From positions 65,658,001-65,722,000 of the forward strand of contig NC_043001.1 in the NCBI RefSeq assembly GCF_006345805.1: DNA of 64,000 nt, in the 5' to 3' direction. This DNA is from Octopus sinensis (Eukaryota). Under the pieces are notes generated by a model, which was not told where the DNA came from, did no database searches, and saw only the letters and a list, made by a program, of their open reading frames with translations. Positions 35,854-50,465 of the stretch are shown here, piece after piece. Each line of letters starts with the position of its first letter. Positions within the stretch are counted from its first letter, which is position 1. Both the position numbers and the translations under genes were made by a program.

Positions 35854-36885
35854 CTGCTGTCTCTTGCTATACTCCTCCATTCTCTTTTTTTGAATGGGGC
35901 AGTCCCTTTTTAGGTGGCTTTCGCTACTGCAGAGGAAACATTTTGGCTTTCGCCCCTCTACAATAACATTTAGCCTGGTCCCATCCAGCAAGATGACAAA
36001 GTCAGGTATGGCATTGATGTTTTCCTGCTGGATCTGTACCAGCAGTTGAATACCCATGCCTGACCAGTTCTTTTCTCGTACTCTCCGAACATTCAGAATA
36101 GTGGCAGTGTCCTCTATGCCATAGAGGACAGCCGCCACTAGCCATGAGATTTTCTGTTCGGGGGGTATTGTGCTTATAGTTATTTTTTGTACCTTACGCC
36201 CGAGGTACGTCGGGACGAGGAACAAATGTTCATTTTGCAAGGGCGAAATGGCGTTCGCCCTTGCAAGCTCCTCTGTTGGGAAGCGAACCTCCACGGTTCC
36301 AAATCGCTTCCCTCTTGTCACATAGCTCTTCTGGCCCCAAATGGGCTTCAGAGCCATCTCTAACTGTTGTGGTGTGGCGTTAAACAATCTTTTAGTTTTC
36401 TTTTCGAAGACTTTATAAAAGATTGTTCTTTTGTTTGTCTCTTGTGTGAGTTGTTGAGGTGTGTTGAGGAAAACACTGTTCCCCTCCTTTCTCAACAAAT
36501 CTTGTGCCATCTTTATGTCCTCCATCGTTATTTCTACATCTTCCGAAATTTGCTTCGCAGCAGAAGCAAAATCGTTAGAGTTTTTAAAATTTTTTTGTTG
36601 GTTCTTGTCTGTGTTTTTGTCTGTTATAAGTTTCTTTTCCTCCCTCTTCGGTACAGCATCACTTGTTGAAGGCAGAGGGGGAAAATCAAGAGTGACGTCG
36701 AACGCGACGTCCTGGCTTGCATTCTCCTTTTGAACCGAGCGCGTGCTCTCCGGTTCGGAAGGAGGATCTTTGTTGCCTTTTACGGCTTGAAATGGGTTGT
36801 ACGTAACCCGTGACATTGTTTTTTGTTCTTGTGGAGGGGGTGTTGCAAGAAGGAGGGAAGAGCCAGCAGCTCGTTTCAAAGCCAT
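34999..36885 (-). CDS. Tx1-clade ORF1 (gag-like) protein, ~628 aa, with CCHC zinc knuckle and Q/P/T-rich tail
   Basis: ATG at 36885 (MALKRAAG) is supported by MSLKRAAG and MAMKRTVG in copies D and C. CFLCSSESHLKRDC is CX2CX4HX4C. Confidence 0.92.
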
Positions 36886-37082
36886 TTTGTAAATATGTGT
36901 GTGCAAAAATGTCAATTTCAAAAAAAAAAACAGCAATTTCACCCCGAAGGGGCAAAATTTTCGCCCAACCGACGAGCTCCGCAAGAAGCCGGTCGGTTTG
37001 GCTACAAAATATTAAAAAATATTCAAGCTTATTAAAAAATTTCCAATAAAATTGGCACAAAACTCACAGAGCTGATTCACGT

Positions 37083-37088
37083 ACGTCC
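37083..37088 (-). promoter_or_regulatory. DPE-like GGACGT of a putative internal Pol II promoter (also at 31209-31214 and 26162-26167)
   Basis: Motif lies exactly 15 nt inside the 5' junction in copies C, D and E. AGACGTG occurs at a similar place in copy A. Confidence 0.55.
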
Positions 37089-37102
37089 ATCGGCGTCGGA
37101 AG

Positions 37103-39789
<2,687 letters not shown>

Positions 39790-39791
<2 letters not shown>

Positions 39792-42305
39792 TTGGAAGAA
39801 TTCTGGAGAGAAATATGGTCGGCGAACGAACAACCAAAAAAAAGGAGTATCAAAATAACAAACTCAGCATCTGAACAACTTTGGACCCCCATAACAACTG
39901 AAGAGGTCACCCAGACACTGCAAAGACTAAGCAACTGGAAGGCACCTGGGCATGACAAGATCCCCAACTTCTGGTTGAAATATCTAACAGGAATGCACAA
40001 AAAGCTGGCTGAAAACTTTAACAACGTACTAGCAGAGCCAGAGACAATGCCTGAATGGCTCACGAAGGGAAAAACCATCTTAATTCCCAAATCAAATAAA
40101 ACAGAAAAACCAGAAAACTACAGACCAATAACCTGCCTCCCTACTATGTTCAAGGCATTTACTGCAGTGATATCACAAAGGCTGAACAAGCACCTGGACG
40201 AAAACAAACTGTTCCCAGAAGAGCAGAAAGGATGCCGCAAAGGCTCATATGGCTGTAAAGATCAACTAATGATTAATAAAGCCATAACTGAAGACAGCCA
40301 CAGAAAGAAGAAAGACCTCAGTATGGCCTGGATTGACTACAAAAAGGCGTTTGATAGCATCCCCCACACATGGATCCTCGAAACACTAGCCATTAACAAA
40401 GTAGCACCAACAATCATAAAATTCATAGAGCACTCTATGAATAAATGGCAAACAGTCCTACACCTCCAAACAAAAGAGGGACTCATGAAAACCAAAGCCA
40501 TCCCCATTAGAAGAGGAATATTCCAGGGAGACACGCTCTCTCCACTCCTTTTCTGCTTGGCACTGTCACCTCTATCTGATATGCTAAATAGAACTGGATG
40601 CGGATATAAATGTTACGGCAAAACGATCAGCCACCTTTTATATATGGATGACCTAAAACTATACGCTGCAAATGACAAACAGCTGGAAACACTATTAAAG
40701 ACAGCTCATGGATTTACCAAAGAAATAGATATGAAATTTGGATTAGAAAAATGCGCCAAAGTAACCATGAAAAGAGGAAAACTAGTTAAGAGTAACAACA
40801 TCACACTAGATAAAACCAATGAAATAAAAGAATTAGACCAAAGCCAAACTTACAAATACTTAGGAATCCATGAACTAGATAAGACACAACACACACAAAT
40901 GAAAGAGAAAATAAAAAAAGAATATTATAGACGAGTTAGATCAATACTAAACACAGAGCTCAATGCTAAAAACAAGATAATAGGTATCAACACTTTAGCT
41001 GTCCCAGTTATAAGTTACAGCTACAATATCCTTAACTGGACACGAAATGAACTGACCAAAATAGATAGGAAAACAAGAAAAATAATGACAGGATCTAGGA
41101 TGCATCACCCAAAATCTGACATAGAAAGACTATATATACAACGTATAGAAGGTGGTAGAGGCCTTATACAGCTGGAAAACTACTATAAAATAACCACCAT
41201 AGGACTGCAAAAATATCTACTTCAGAAGGAAGGAAAACTGATCCAGATAGCGGCAAAACACGAGCAAAACAAAAAACTGTTCTCAGTATTTAAGGAAGCT
41301 GACAAATACAAACAAGAAATCATACCACCTAATAAACATGAAGAAGAAGAAGAAGAAGAAGAAGATGAAGAAACAACAAAAGCTATAAAACAAATGAAAT
41401 CCAAACTAAAAATAGAACAGCAACGAACCATGATAAAACGATGGCAAGAAAAGCATCTTCGTGGTAAATACTGGACTAAACTAAACGCAAAAGAAATAGA
41501 CAAAGAAAAATCCCAGCAATGGTTGAGAAGGTCAGGACTCAAAGTAGAGACAGAGGAATTTTTAATTGCAGCACAAGACCAAAGCCTCCCCACCAGAAAT
41601 TACCAAAAACATGTAATGAAAAGAAATATAACAAGTAACTGCAGAATATGTGGAGATGGACAAGAAACAATAAATCATATTATCTCTAGCTGCCCAGTCC
41701 TGGCTAAGAAGGAATATATTCACAGACGTGACAGAGTTGGAACCTACATACATTGGAAGCTATGCCAACATTATGGAATAACAACAGAAAAAAGATGGTA
41801 TAGGCACACACCAGAAAAGGTCACAGAAAACGAGAAAGCAACCATACTCTGGGATATGCCGACACACACAGATAGAGAAATTAAGGCCAACAGACCAGAT
41901 ATAGTTGTCAGAGACCATGAAGAAAAAAAATGCTTTCTAATTGATGTATCAATACCGGCTGATGACAAAGTGTCTCTAAAAGAAATGGAGAAACTCTCAA
42001 AATACAAAGACCTGGAAATAGAGGTAACTAGAATGTGGAATCTGAAAACAGAAACAATTCCTATCATAGTAGGTGCATTAGGCATGATAAAAAAATATTC
42101 AGACAAATACATAACAAAAACACCAGGACTTACAAACACATATAACATACAGAAAATTGCACTACTAGGCACTGCACACATCCTACGCAGAACACTTTCC
42201 ATACAATAACCATCAGAGCATCACAACAAATCACAGCACATACCCAAGGCACAGAGCTGCGCTCGGTAGTGAAGTGAAAGCACGCTATAAAAATAAAACT
42301 ACTGA
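39790..42305 (+). mobile_element. 5'-truncated R4-clade (Dong-like) RLE non-LTR retrotransposon in (TAA)n
   Basis: Open ORF runs from the junction; ~95-nt 3' UTR; (AAT)n on both sides. Confidence 0.9.
39792..42209 (+). pseudogene. R4/Dong ORF, N-truncated (805 aa open): RT, CCHC finger, restriction-like endonuclease
   Basis: WKAPGHD, NYRPITCL, DYKKAFDS, GIFQGDTLSP, YMDD, YKYLG, CRICGDGQETINHIISSC, RPDIV..FLIDVSIP..KLSKY. Confidence 0.92.
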
Positions 42306-42344
42306 ATAATAATAACGATAATGACGATAATGATAATAATAATA

Positions 42345-42397
<53 letters not shown>

Positions 42398-42399
<2 letters not shown>

Positions 42400-42603
42400 C
42401 CTTTTTACTATAGGCAGAAGGCCTGAAATTTTTGGGGAAGTGATTGGACGACCCCAGTACACAACTGGTATTTAACTTATCGACCCCGAAAGAATGAAAG
42501 GCAAAGTCGACTTCGGTGGGATTTGAACTCAGAACGTAGTGACGGACGAAAACCGCTAAGCACTTCGTCCGGCGTGCTGACGTTTGAACCAGCTCGCCGC
42601 CTT
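42398..42603 (-). mobile_element. Full-length SINE family 2 copy; its (ATT)n tail forms the right edge of the nest
   Basis: Head AAGGCGGCGAGCTGG..., B box GAGTTCAAATCCC, 3' end ...GCCTATAGTAAAAAGGATTATT. Confidence 0.9.
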
Positions 42604-43699
42604 TATGTCATGTATTTCGGTTGTCCCTCCTAAATTTTGGTATATTTACATCATTAGCCCCATACAAGTATGTGGAATGAAATCTAGAAATTTTATTCAA
42701 GATGATTTTTCTTTCGAAATCTTTTGTGGATAAATAAATTTATTTTTCTTCAAAGCGAAGTACGTAGTTACATTTAAAGTGATATTTATATGAGACTAAT
42801 CTTCGTTGTTCTCTGTTTCTTTTGTCATATAAAATATTTTACTAGCAAATAGTGATATATCGGATATCTACACGGCGCCTCCTCTTACATTCCGATCAAA
42901 TTTCGCAACATCATTTAGGTCGCAAACAAATCTCGCTTGTTTCCTCTCATTCATAAACTCTTTAACAATAGGCTTTCATTGATTAATATGGTCGAGCGAA
43001 TATTCCAAACTTAAACAAGGTGGCCTAGCGGAAATTTACAATTGGTTGGGGATTCAATTGTTTTTCGACATGAATCCAACTTTTCTCTGATCGCTCACCC
43101 GGAAGTTACAAATTAGGATGTACATATGTCAGGCCATAAAATAACAGAAAATAACATAATATTCCATTATACGACCTGGCAAGAATAAATTAGCAAAAAC
43201 ATGTCTATGCCCTTACACACATACATACATTAAAAAAATAGAAGAGACATACATACATACATACATACATACAAAGCCCGATCCAAGTGACTATAGTTCT
43301 ATTGTGCTCATTAAACAATCTTTTGCACCGGTCTTCAGACAGACTTTCAAAGAAAACATCAGCAAAAAAAAAAGGAACAAAATAGTAGCCGTTTTTTTCT
43401 ATTCTTGGTGATTATCTTCCCGAGTGGGCGGTTTTGTGCTTCCGGTGTGGCTACGTGCGAACCTATATTTGTTTTCATTCTATAGATCAGTCAGGTTCAT
43501 GAGATACAGATAGAACAACTCTTAGCAAATAAACGAGAACCACCACCACCAACAACAAACATCTAACAAACAATATAAATACATATTGAGACCCATATAC
43601 AGCAAAACAACAACAAGCATCTAACAAGGTTCATTTAGTTACTGTTAAACCAACGTTAAATAATAAGATATAAGGCACTATTATATCGATTATCAAATT

Positions 43700-44160
43700 T
43701 AATTAGTGAAAACCACCAATAGATTGAAAAATTCTGTTTAAATTGTACAAAGGAAAGAAAAATTAGATCAAATTAATTAGTGAACTAATCGTAGTTAAGC
43801 AGCGATCTAGTTGTTATTAATTGGTAAACTAATTGCATTTGATTAGTGATCTATGTGTGATAAATTAGTGAATTAGCCGTAGTTAATTTGTGGAGTAATT
43901 GTAATTAATTAGTGGGTTAGGTGTGGTTAATTAGTGAAATAATAGTTAATTAGTGAGCTAGGTGTGTTTAGCGAATTAGGTACACTTAATTAGTGAAAAA
44001 ATAGTTAAATGATGAGTTAGATGTAATTAGTAAATTAGAAATAGTTAACTAGAGAAATAGTAGTTAATGAGCTAGGTGTAGTTAGTGAATTAGGTGTAGT
44101 TCATTAACTACTATTTCACTCGTTAACTATTTCTAATTTACTAATTACATCTGACTCATT
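43700..44160. repeat. Degenerate ~20-bp minisatellite (AATTAGTGAA core) ending in a 59-bp inverted repeat
   Basis: Repeated TAATTAGTGAA/TAGTTAA words. 44012-44070 pairs with 44101-44159. Confidence 0.75.
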
Positions 44161-45252
44161 AATTGTAATATGGCGGCGGCTGATGCAGGTGATTGGAAGA
44201 AGTAATTAAATATATCATTATGTGATAAACAAGAAGATGAGGAGAATTAATTCCATCTCCTGTTTGGTTATTATAGAGTCACAATGAACGTCAAGCTGTA
44301 CAGATAATACAGACATCTTTCCATATATGGACCTTAACTACATCATTTAGATTATTTACTGTCTAATAGAATACAATTAAATTAGACACTAATGTACATC
44401 ACTAATTTCGCATTGACACATGTCGATAATCAATATTATGGGTATGAAAAACAAATGTTATCGTTCTAGACAAAACATTAGATACATTATTTACATTTGA
44501 CTGATATTGTAAATAATGTACATAATTCGTCATCTCTTAAATATAGAACTGTAAAACATTAGATTTTTACCAAAACACAGATTATTTTAGACTTTTATTT
44601 ATGAAGATTATATTCCTACATCATTTTATTTCTTAAAATAATAACGTGGAAAACTTCGATATTTTCCTACTTTTATCACACTTTATAAAAACTTTATCAA
44701 TTAACTGTTTTAAAATGACAAGGAAATGTAGGTCTCGTTTATGCCTCTATTGTGGGTCATCGCAACAGACAACAACTGAATCAACTTTTCTCATTCAGGT
44801 CAAGACCAGTTTATAATTTGCCTTTTCTCTAAGTTCTCATTGCGTGCCTACATTCAGAACGGTGCGATAAGTCCCACAGTTATATGACTCTATCTTATAC
44901 AACAATATATACACAGCTACATATTTGGTTTTGTGTACACATACTGTGTGCACATTTACCACATGCGAACTACACGCAAATTTTAATATAAACCATGGCA
45001 ACTTGCTAAAGCATAAAATATTATTGTTCATAATAGATAACTATAGAGACGACTCTCTTTTTCGTTGTCTGTTGGTAAATATTTCATAGACTAACAATTA
45101 TTTTAACAAAATATTGCAATTAATAATATAAAAATATGGAACCCACGTGTATATGGCAACTATTATTTGATTTAAATTCATTCTTAGAACAAAGATCTAA
45201 TTCTATATTTAATTCAGCAATGCTACTAATATTTATGACATACTATGAATAA

Positions 45253-45680
45253 GACAGCAAGCTGGCTGAACAATTAGATCGCTGGACAAATTGCTTAGCG
45301 GCATTTCGTCCGTCGTTGCGTTCTGAGATCGAATGTGTCCGAGGTCGATTTTTCCTTTCATCTTTTCGGGGTCGATAAAATAAGTATCAATTGAGAAATT
45401 GGATCTATGTAATCGACTTACCTCTTCCCCCAAACTTGCTGGCCTTGTGCCAAAATTTGAAACACATTATTATCAGTAAATTAAGGCGACAAGCTGGCAG
45501 AATCGTTAACACGCCAGACAAAATGATTAGAGGCATTTCTTCTGGCTTTATGTTCAGAGTTCAAATTCCGCCAAGGTTTACGATGCCGTTTATTCTTTCG
45601 GGATCGATAAAAAAAAGTACCAGTTGAACACTGAGACCGATGTAATTGATTAAACCAGCCATCTAAACTTGTGCCATTTA
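45253..45680 (+). mobile_element. Two tandem SINE family 2 copies (45253-45465, 45483-45680)
   Basis: Heads AAGACAGCAAGCTGGC and AAGGCGACAAGCTGGC; GAGGTCGATTTTTCCTTTCATC domain; first copy ends GGCCTTGTGCCAAAATTTGAAAC-ATTATT. Confidence 0.85.
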
Positions 45681-46422
45681 TATCTTGCCTCAACAGTTCG
45701 ATCAAATATATATATATTGCCTAATCACTTAGACCAACTATATATCTGTTTGAGAGTTGGTACAATGCCTGGTGAAAAACAAACGGTTTTATGGATATTT
45801 TTACCTCTTAGTCGGAAGGAAAGTCACTCATGACCTTTTATGAAGTTTCTGAGACTGGTGGAGGGATAAAGGAGCGTATCTTTAAACTAGAAACCTGTCC
45901 CAAATGCTTTCAACAGGGAGGTTTCCGCTTATTAACTCAAAGAACTCGTGGGTATATTTAACTGGGCGACGGATTATGTCTCCTAACCAAGTAGGTCACG
46001 GTGACATTTAAACTCACAAAAGAAAGAGACAAAGTAAACACTGCAAGTAATCACCTCCAAGGCTTGAGTGGCTCTGTCAATTCGCTGTCACGTTTGAATA
46101 CTTATTACAATAATAAAAGTGTTTTGTAGTGTTTTGACTATAATGGCGTCAGTATTTCACTACAGTTGCTGCCATGTCTAAGTATATCTATCTATCGATT
46201 GATCTATCTTCCTCACTCACCTCTCTCTCTCTCTCCCTCTTTCCCTCTCTCTCTACACACACATACATATGGCTGTGTGGTAAGTAGCTTGCTTACCAAC
46301 CACATGGTTCCGGGTTCATTCCCACTGTGTTGCAACCTTGGGCAAGTGTCTTTTACTATAGCCTCGGGCCGACCAATGTTTTGTGAGTGGATTTGGTAGA
46401 CAGAAACTGAAAGAAGCCCGTC

Positions 46423-46480
<58 letters not shown>

Positions 46481-46490
46481 TATATATATA

Positions 46491-47297
<807 letters not shown>

Positions 47298-47575
47298 ATA
47301 TGTATGTATGTATGTATATGTGTGTGCGTTTGTGTGTCTGTGTTTGTCCCGGGCACCATCACTTGACAGCCGATGTTGGTGTGTTTACGTCCCCATAATT
47401 TAGCGGTTCGGCAAAAAGCGAACGATAGAATAAGTTCTAAGTTTACAAAGAATAAGTCCTGGAGTCGATTTGTTCGACTAAAGGTGGTGCTCCAGCATGG
47501 CCACAGTCAAATGACTGAAACAAATACAAGAATAAAAGAATATATATATATATGTATATATATATACATATACAT

Positions 47576-47620
<45 letters not shown>

Positions 47621-47643
47621 CACATACATACCTACACATATAC

Positions 47644-47684
<41 letters not shown>

Positions 47685-47764
47685 CACTAGCAGAAACACA
47701 CGTCATCAACTGGGTTGAAAAAAGCTGCTAAATATTGAAAATTATTCACTTAGATTGTATTGAA

Positions 47765-48465
47765 CATGAGACCAACTATGAATAGCAGTGACCCCAGGAC
47801 AGTACCCTGTGTAACACCACTCATTATTTGTGTTTTCTTGACACCACTACCTACTTCTATCTTTTACAAAGTCATGTAGCCATTTTCCAAGTTTTCCAAA
47901 TATGCAAAGAGTTCGGAGCTTGTGACAAATCATACCATGGTTTACTTTGTCAAAGGTTTTTGCAAAGTCAAGGTATATCACGTTCACATTTGAGTTGTTG
48001 AGCTTTAGCACCTAGTCATAATGTTGCAAGAGCTGTGTCAGGCAGCTTGTACCTGGTTGAAAACCATGCTGTATCTAGTTGAAAACCAGTCAAGGAATGC
48101 AATTAATTTCCTTCGGACTATTCGTTCCATGATTTTGCTAATGTGTGAGGTCAGAGAGATAGGCCTATAGTTTTTAGCATCTGCTCTTGCTTCCTCCTTT
48201 ATGGATTGGTCATACTATTCCCTCCTTTAGTTTGTTCGGGAGCTTACGATTTGCGAGGAAGCTCTGAAAAAGTAGCTGCAATAGTTTTGCAATAATTCAT
48301 TTGCATTACTTGAAGAGGATTACTAGGAAACCATCAGAACCAGCAGCTGAATTTTCGTCTATATCATCTATTGCTTGCATACATCCTTTTCTTCGGTGTT
48401 GATGTAATTAATTCTTACTGCCTCCTGTTCAGCTTCTTTAGCAGTAAAGAATTCTACAGGTTTGT
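47765..48465 (-). mobile_element. CR1/L2-type LINE RT fragment nested in the Helitron
   Basis: NYRPISLTSHISKIMERIV, DFAKTFDKVNHG, SGVTQGTVLG. Confidence 0.8.
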
Positions 48466-48726
48466 GCATATAAACTTCTGATCTATGATCTTTAGTATTT
48501 CAGTCTATAAATAAAGCAAACATCACACGGACTTTGGTTTATGTCTAGTACAAGATAACTAAATATAAGTTCGGGAAAAGCTAAAAATATATGTACTATA
48601 ATTAATTGAACTTAAGTATTACAACAAACAAAAATACAAATAGCTTTTGTTAGACGAATATAGTGTGACGTTTATAATATCAATTCAAAGTTATTCATTC
48701 TGCAAATTTTAGTTTGTTGATCCCAT

Positions 48727-49270
48727 GCTTAAAATTTCCTTATAGACAAAGTTTCGGGTTTAAACAGTAGGAGTGAAAATGAAAAGATTGTCCTTGCTCC
48801 CCACTCTGGAGCCCCAACATATAAACAACTGTGTGAAAAACAGTCTGCCGCTAATTGCAAAGCAGTAACTTTCAAAGTTTGATGCTGGGACTTATTAATG
48901 GACATCGCAAAAGACAGACGTATTGGAAAGTGAAAGTTTGAATTGAAAGGGCATATTGGAAGGTATTAAATGTAAGGGAGGAATAAAAACATCCTCGCCT
49001 TTTCCACAGAAAGAAATTATTGTGGCCTCTATGACATTTCCCATTAATTTCTTCACAAACCTTGCGCCATTGCACAGCTTTGGTTGAGAAAAGTTCATCA
49101 GAGGCATAGTTGGAACGCCTATATTCAATAGAAGGCAATGAGGAGGAGCTCCTTGTGACATTAGTGAGTTTAAGAAGTTAACGGGCTAATTGACAATTTC
49201 GGATTCATCAACAACAGAGTTTATAGATTTGTAAGTATGTTCATTTCCTGGCAAAACTTTCATTGGGTCT
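48727..49270 (-). pseudogene. Helitron RepHel PIF1-type helicase, C-terminal remnant
   Basis: [69 protein letters not shown]. Confidence 0.9.
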
Positions 49271-49599
49271 GAATTTTATTTAGTTATATCCCTTAGACCC
49301 TTCGTTAATTTTGAAACTGTGATATGTACATGTTGGAAAAGGGCCAGTAGCTCCCTTCGGAGGGCTGCTAGAGATATGGGACAACTTTCATTGTCGTCGG
49401 CGTAAAATCTTATACAAGAATTAGCTTTTAGTTTTTATATAGATGCTGTAGCCTTTCTTGTTATAGATGGACACACACATACACACTCACACTCACACAC
49501 ACAGACGTTCATTTTTATTATATATATATACACACACAAATACACACACACACATATTATATATACATACACACACACATGTATGCACATAACATATAT

Positions 49600-49920
49600 T
49601 TGTATTCGTTTTGCCCGTCTTAGGAAATAGCTTGTAAATGACGTCCTATCTGAATCTCAATGTGGATTCCGTTCTGTTAGAGGAACAATGGATACTATTT
49701 TCATACATAAATGCAGAAGTATTAATTTTGTGCGAGTTTTCATTGATTCAACCAGTCTTCGATAATGTGAAGAGGACCTCTCTGTGGAAAATATTCGGCA
49801 AACTTTGTTGTCTGTATCACTTTGTATTGATAATTAAATCATTTCACGATGGGATGGAGCACGGGTCAATGTCGGTGGTAACATGGCGGATATCATTTCT
49901 ATAGAGAGTGATGTCAAGCA
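49600..49920 (+). mobile_element. RTE/BovB-like RT fragment
   Basis: SESQCGFRSVRGTMDTIF and FDNVKRTSLWKIFGKL..IIKSFHDGM. Confidence 0.8.
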
Positions 49921-49959
49921 TTTTTTCTCATTAAATGTTTTTCCCCTCCATCTCTTGTT

Positions 49960-50465
49960 GCAATTGTCTTAAACATTTCTATTGAAGAGCCATCAATTTA
50001 TGTTTAAGTGCTCTCATGCTATACACAAATACATTTGCTATTCTTTCTTTCAATGTTAACTAATTAACGCCTAATTCATTTACTTCCTTTTACATCTCAA
50101 AGATGTCCAACGTAGCCAATGATATTCCTAGATTTATTCTTTGCTAGAAAACCCATGTTAGTGTTTGGTGATGTAGCATTACATCAGTTATTTCTTTAAT
50201 ATTTCCTAGCATACATCTTAACTAACACCAGAGTGCCATATAATTATTAAAGACGTTCCAACACTTGTGATGTAATTTTCTCCATTCTCAAGCAGTTCTA
50301 AACTTGTTCTGAACTTCTTCCCATTGAGTTGATTGACCTTCACTTATTACTGATGGCCGACCATCATCACTCAAGAACCACTTCTTGCTTTTTCCAGTCC
50401 ATTCACCGCACACTTCAATATAGACATGCAGCATTATTTTTCTCAAGTGTTTCTTCCTTTTTCTT
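49960..50465 (-). mobile_element. Decayed RTE-like C-terminal fragment
   Basis: RKKHLRKIMLHVYIE..GKSKKW resembles the RTE C-terminal K.MLQG.IEG..GRP..RW. Confidence 0.4.

Larger units (their letters stand above)
31245..37103 (-). mobile_element. Tx1/L1-clade LINE copy E: full-length (~5.86 kb), both ORFs intact
   Basis: 5' UTR, ORF1, 38-nt spacer, ORF2, and 3' UTR ending CCCTTGTGGCCAATAAAAAAGAATTG-(ATT)n. Confidence 0.97.
47687..49525 (-). mobile_element. Internally deleted Helitron
   Basis: CTAG 3' terminus at 47687-47690, an internal helicase remnant, and a CA-rich opposite end. Confidence 0.7.

Noticed and set aside
26856-35966. Repeated plus-strand ORFs antisense to Tx1 ORF1 and ORF2
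   Set aside because: Shadow ORFs of GC-rich coding sequence; they recur only because the copies are near-identical.
37040-37103. Self-cleaving ribozyme at the Tx1 5' end
   Set aside because: No hammerhead or HDV core found; only simple hairpins further in.
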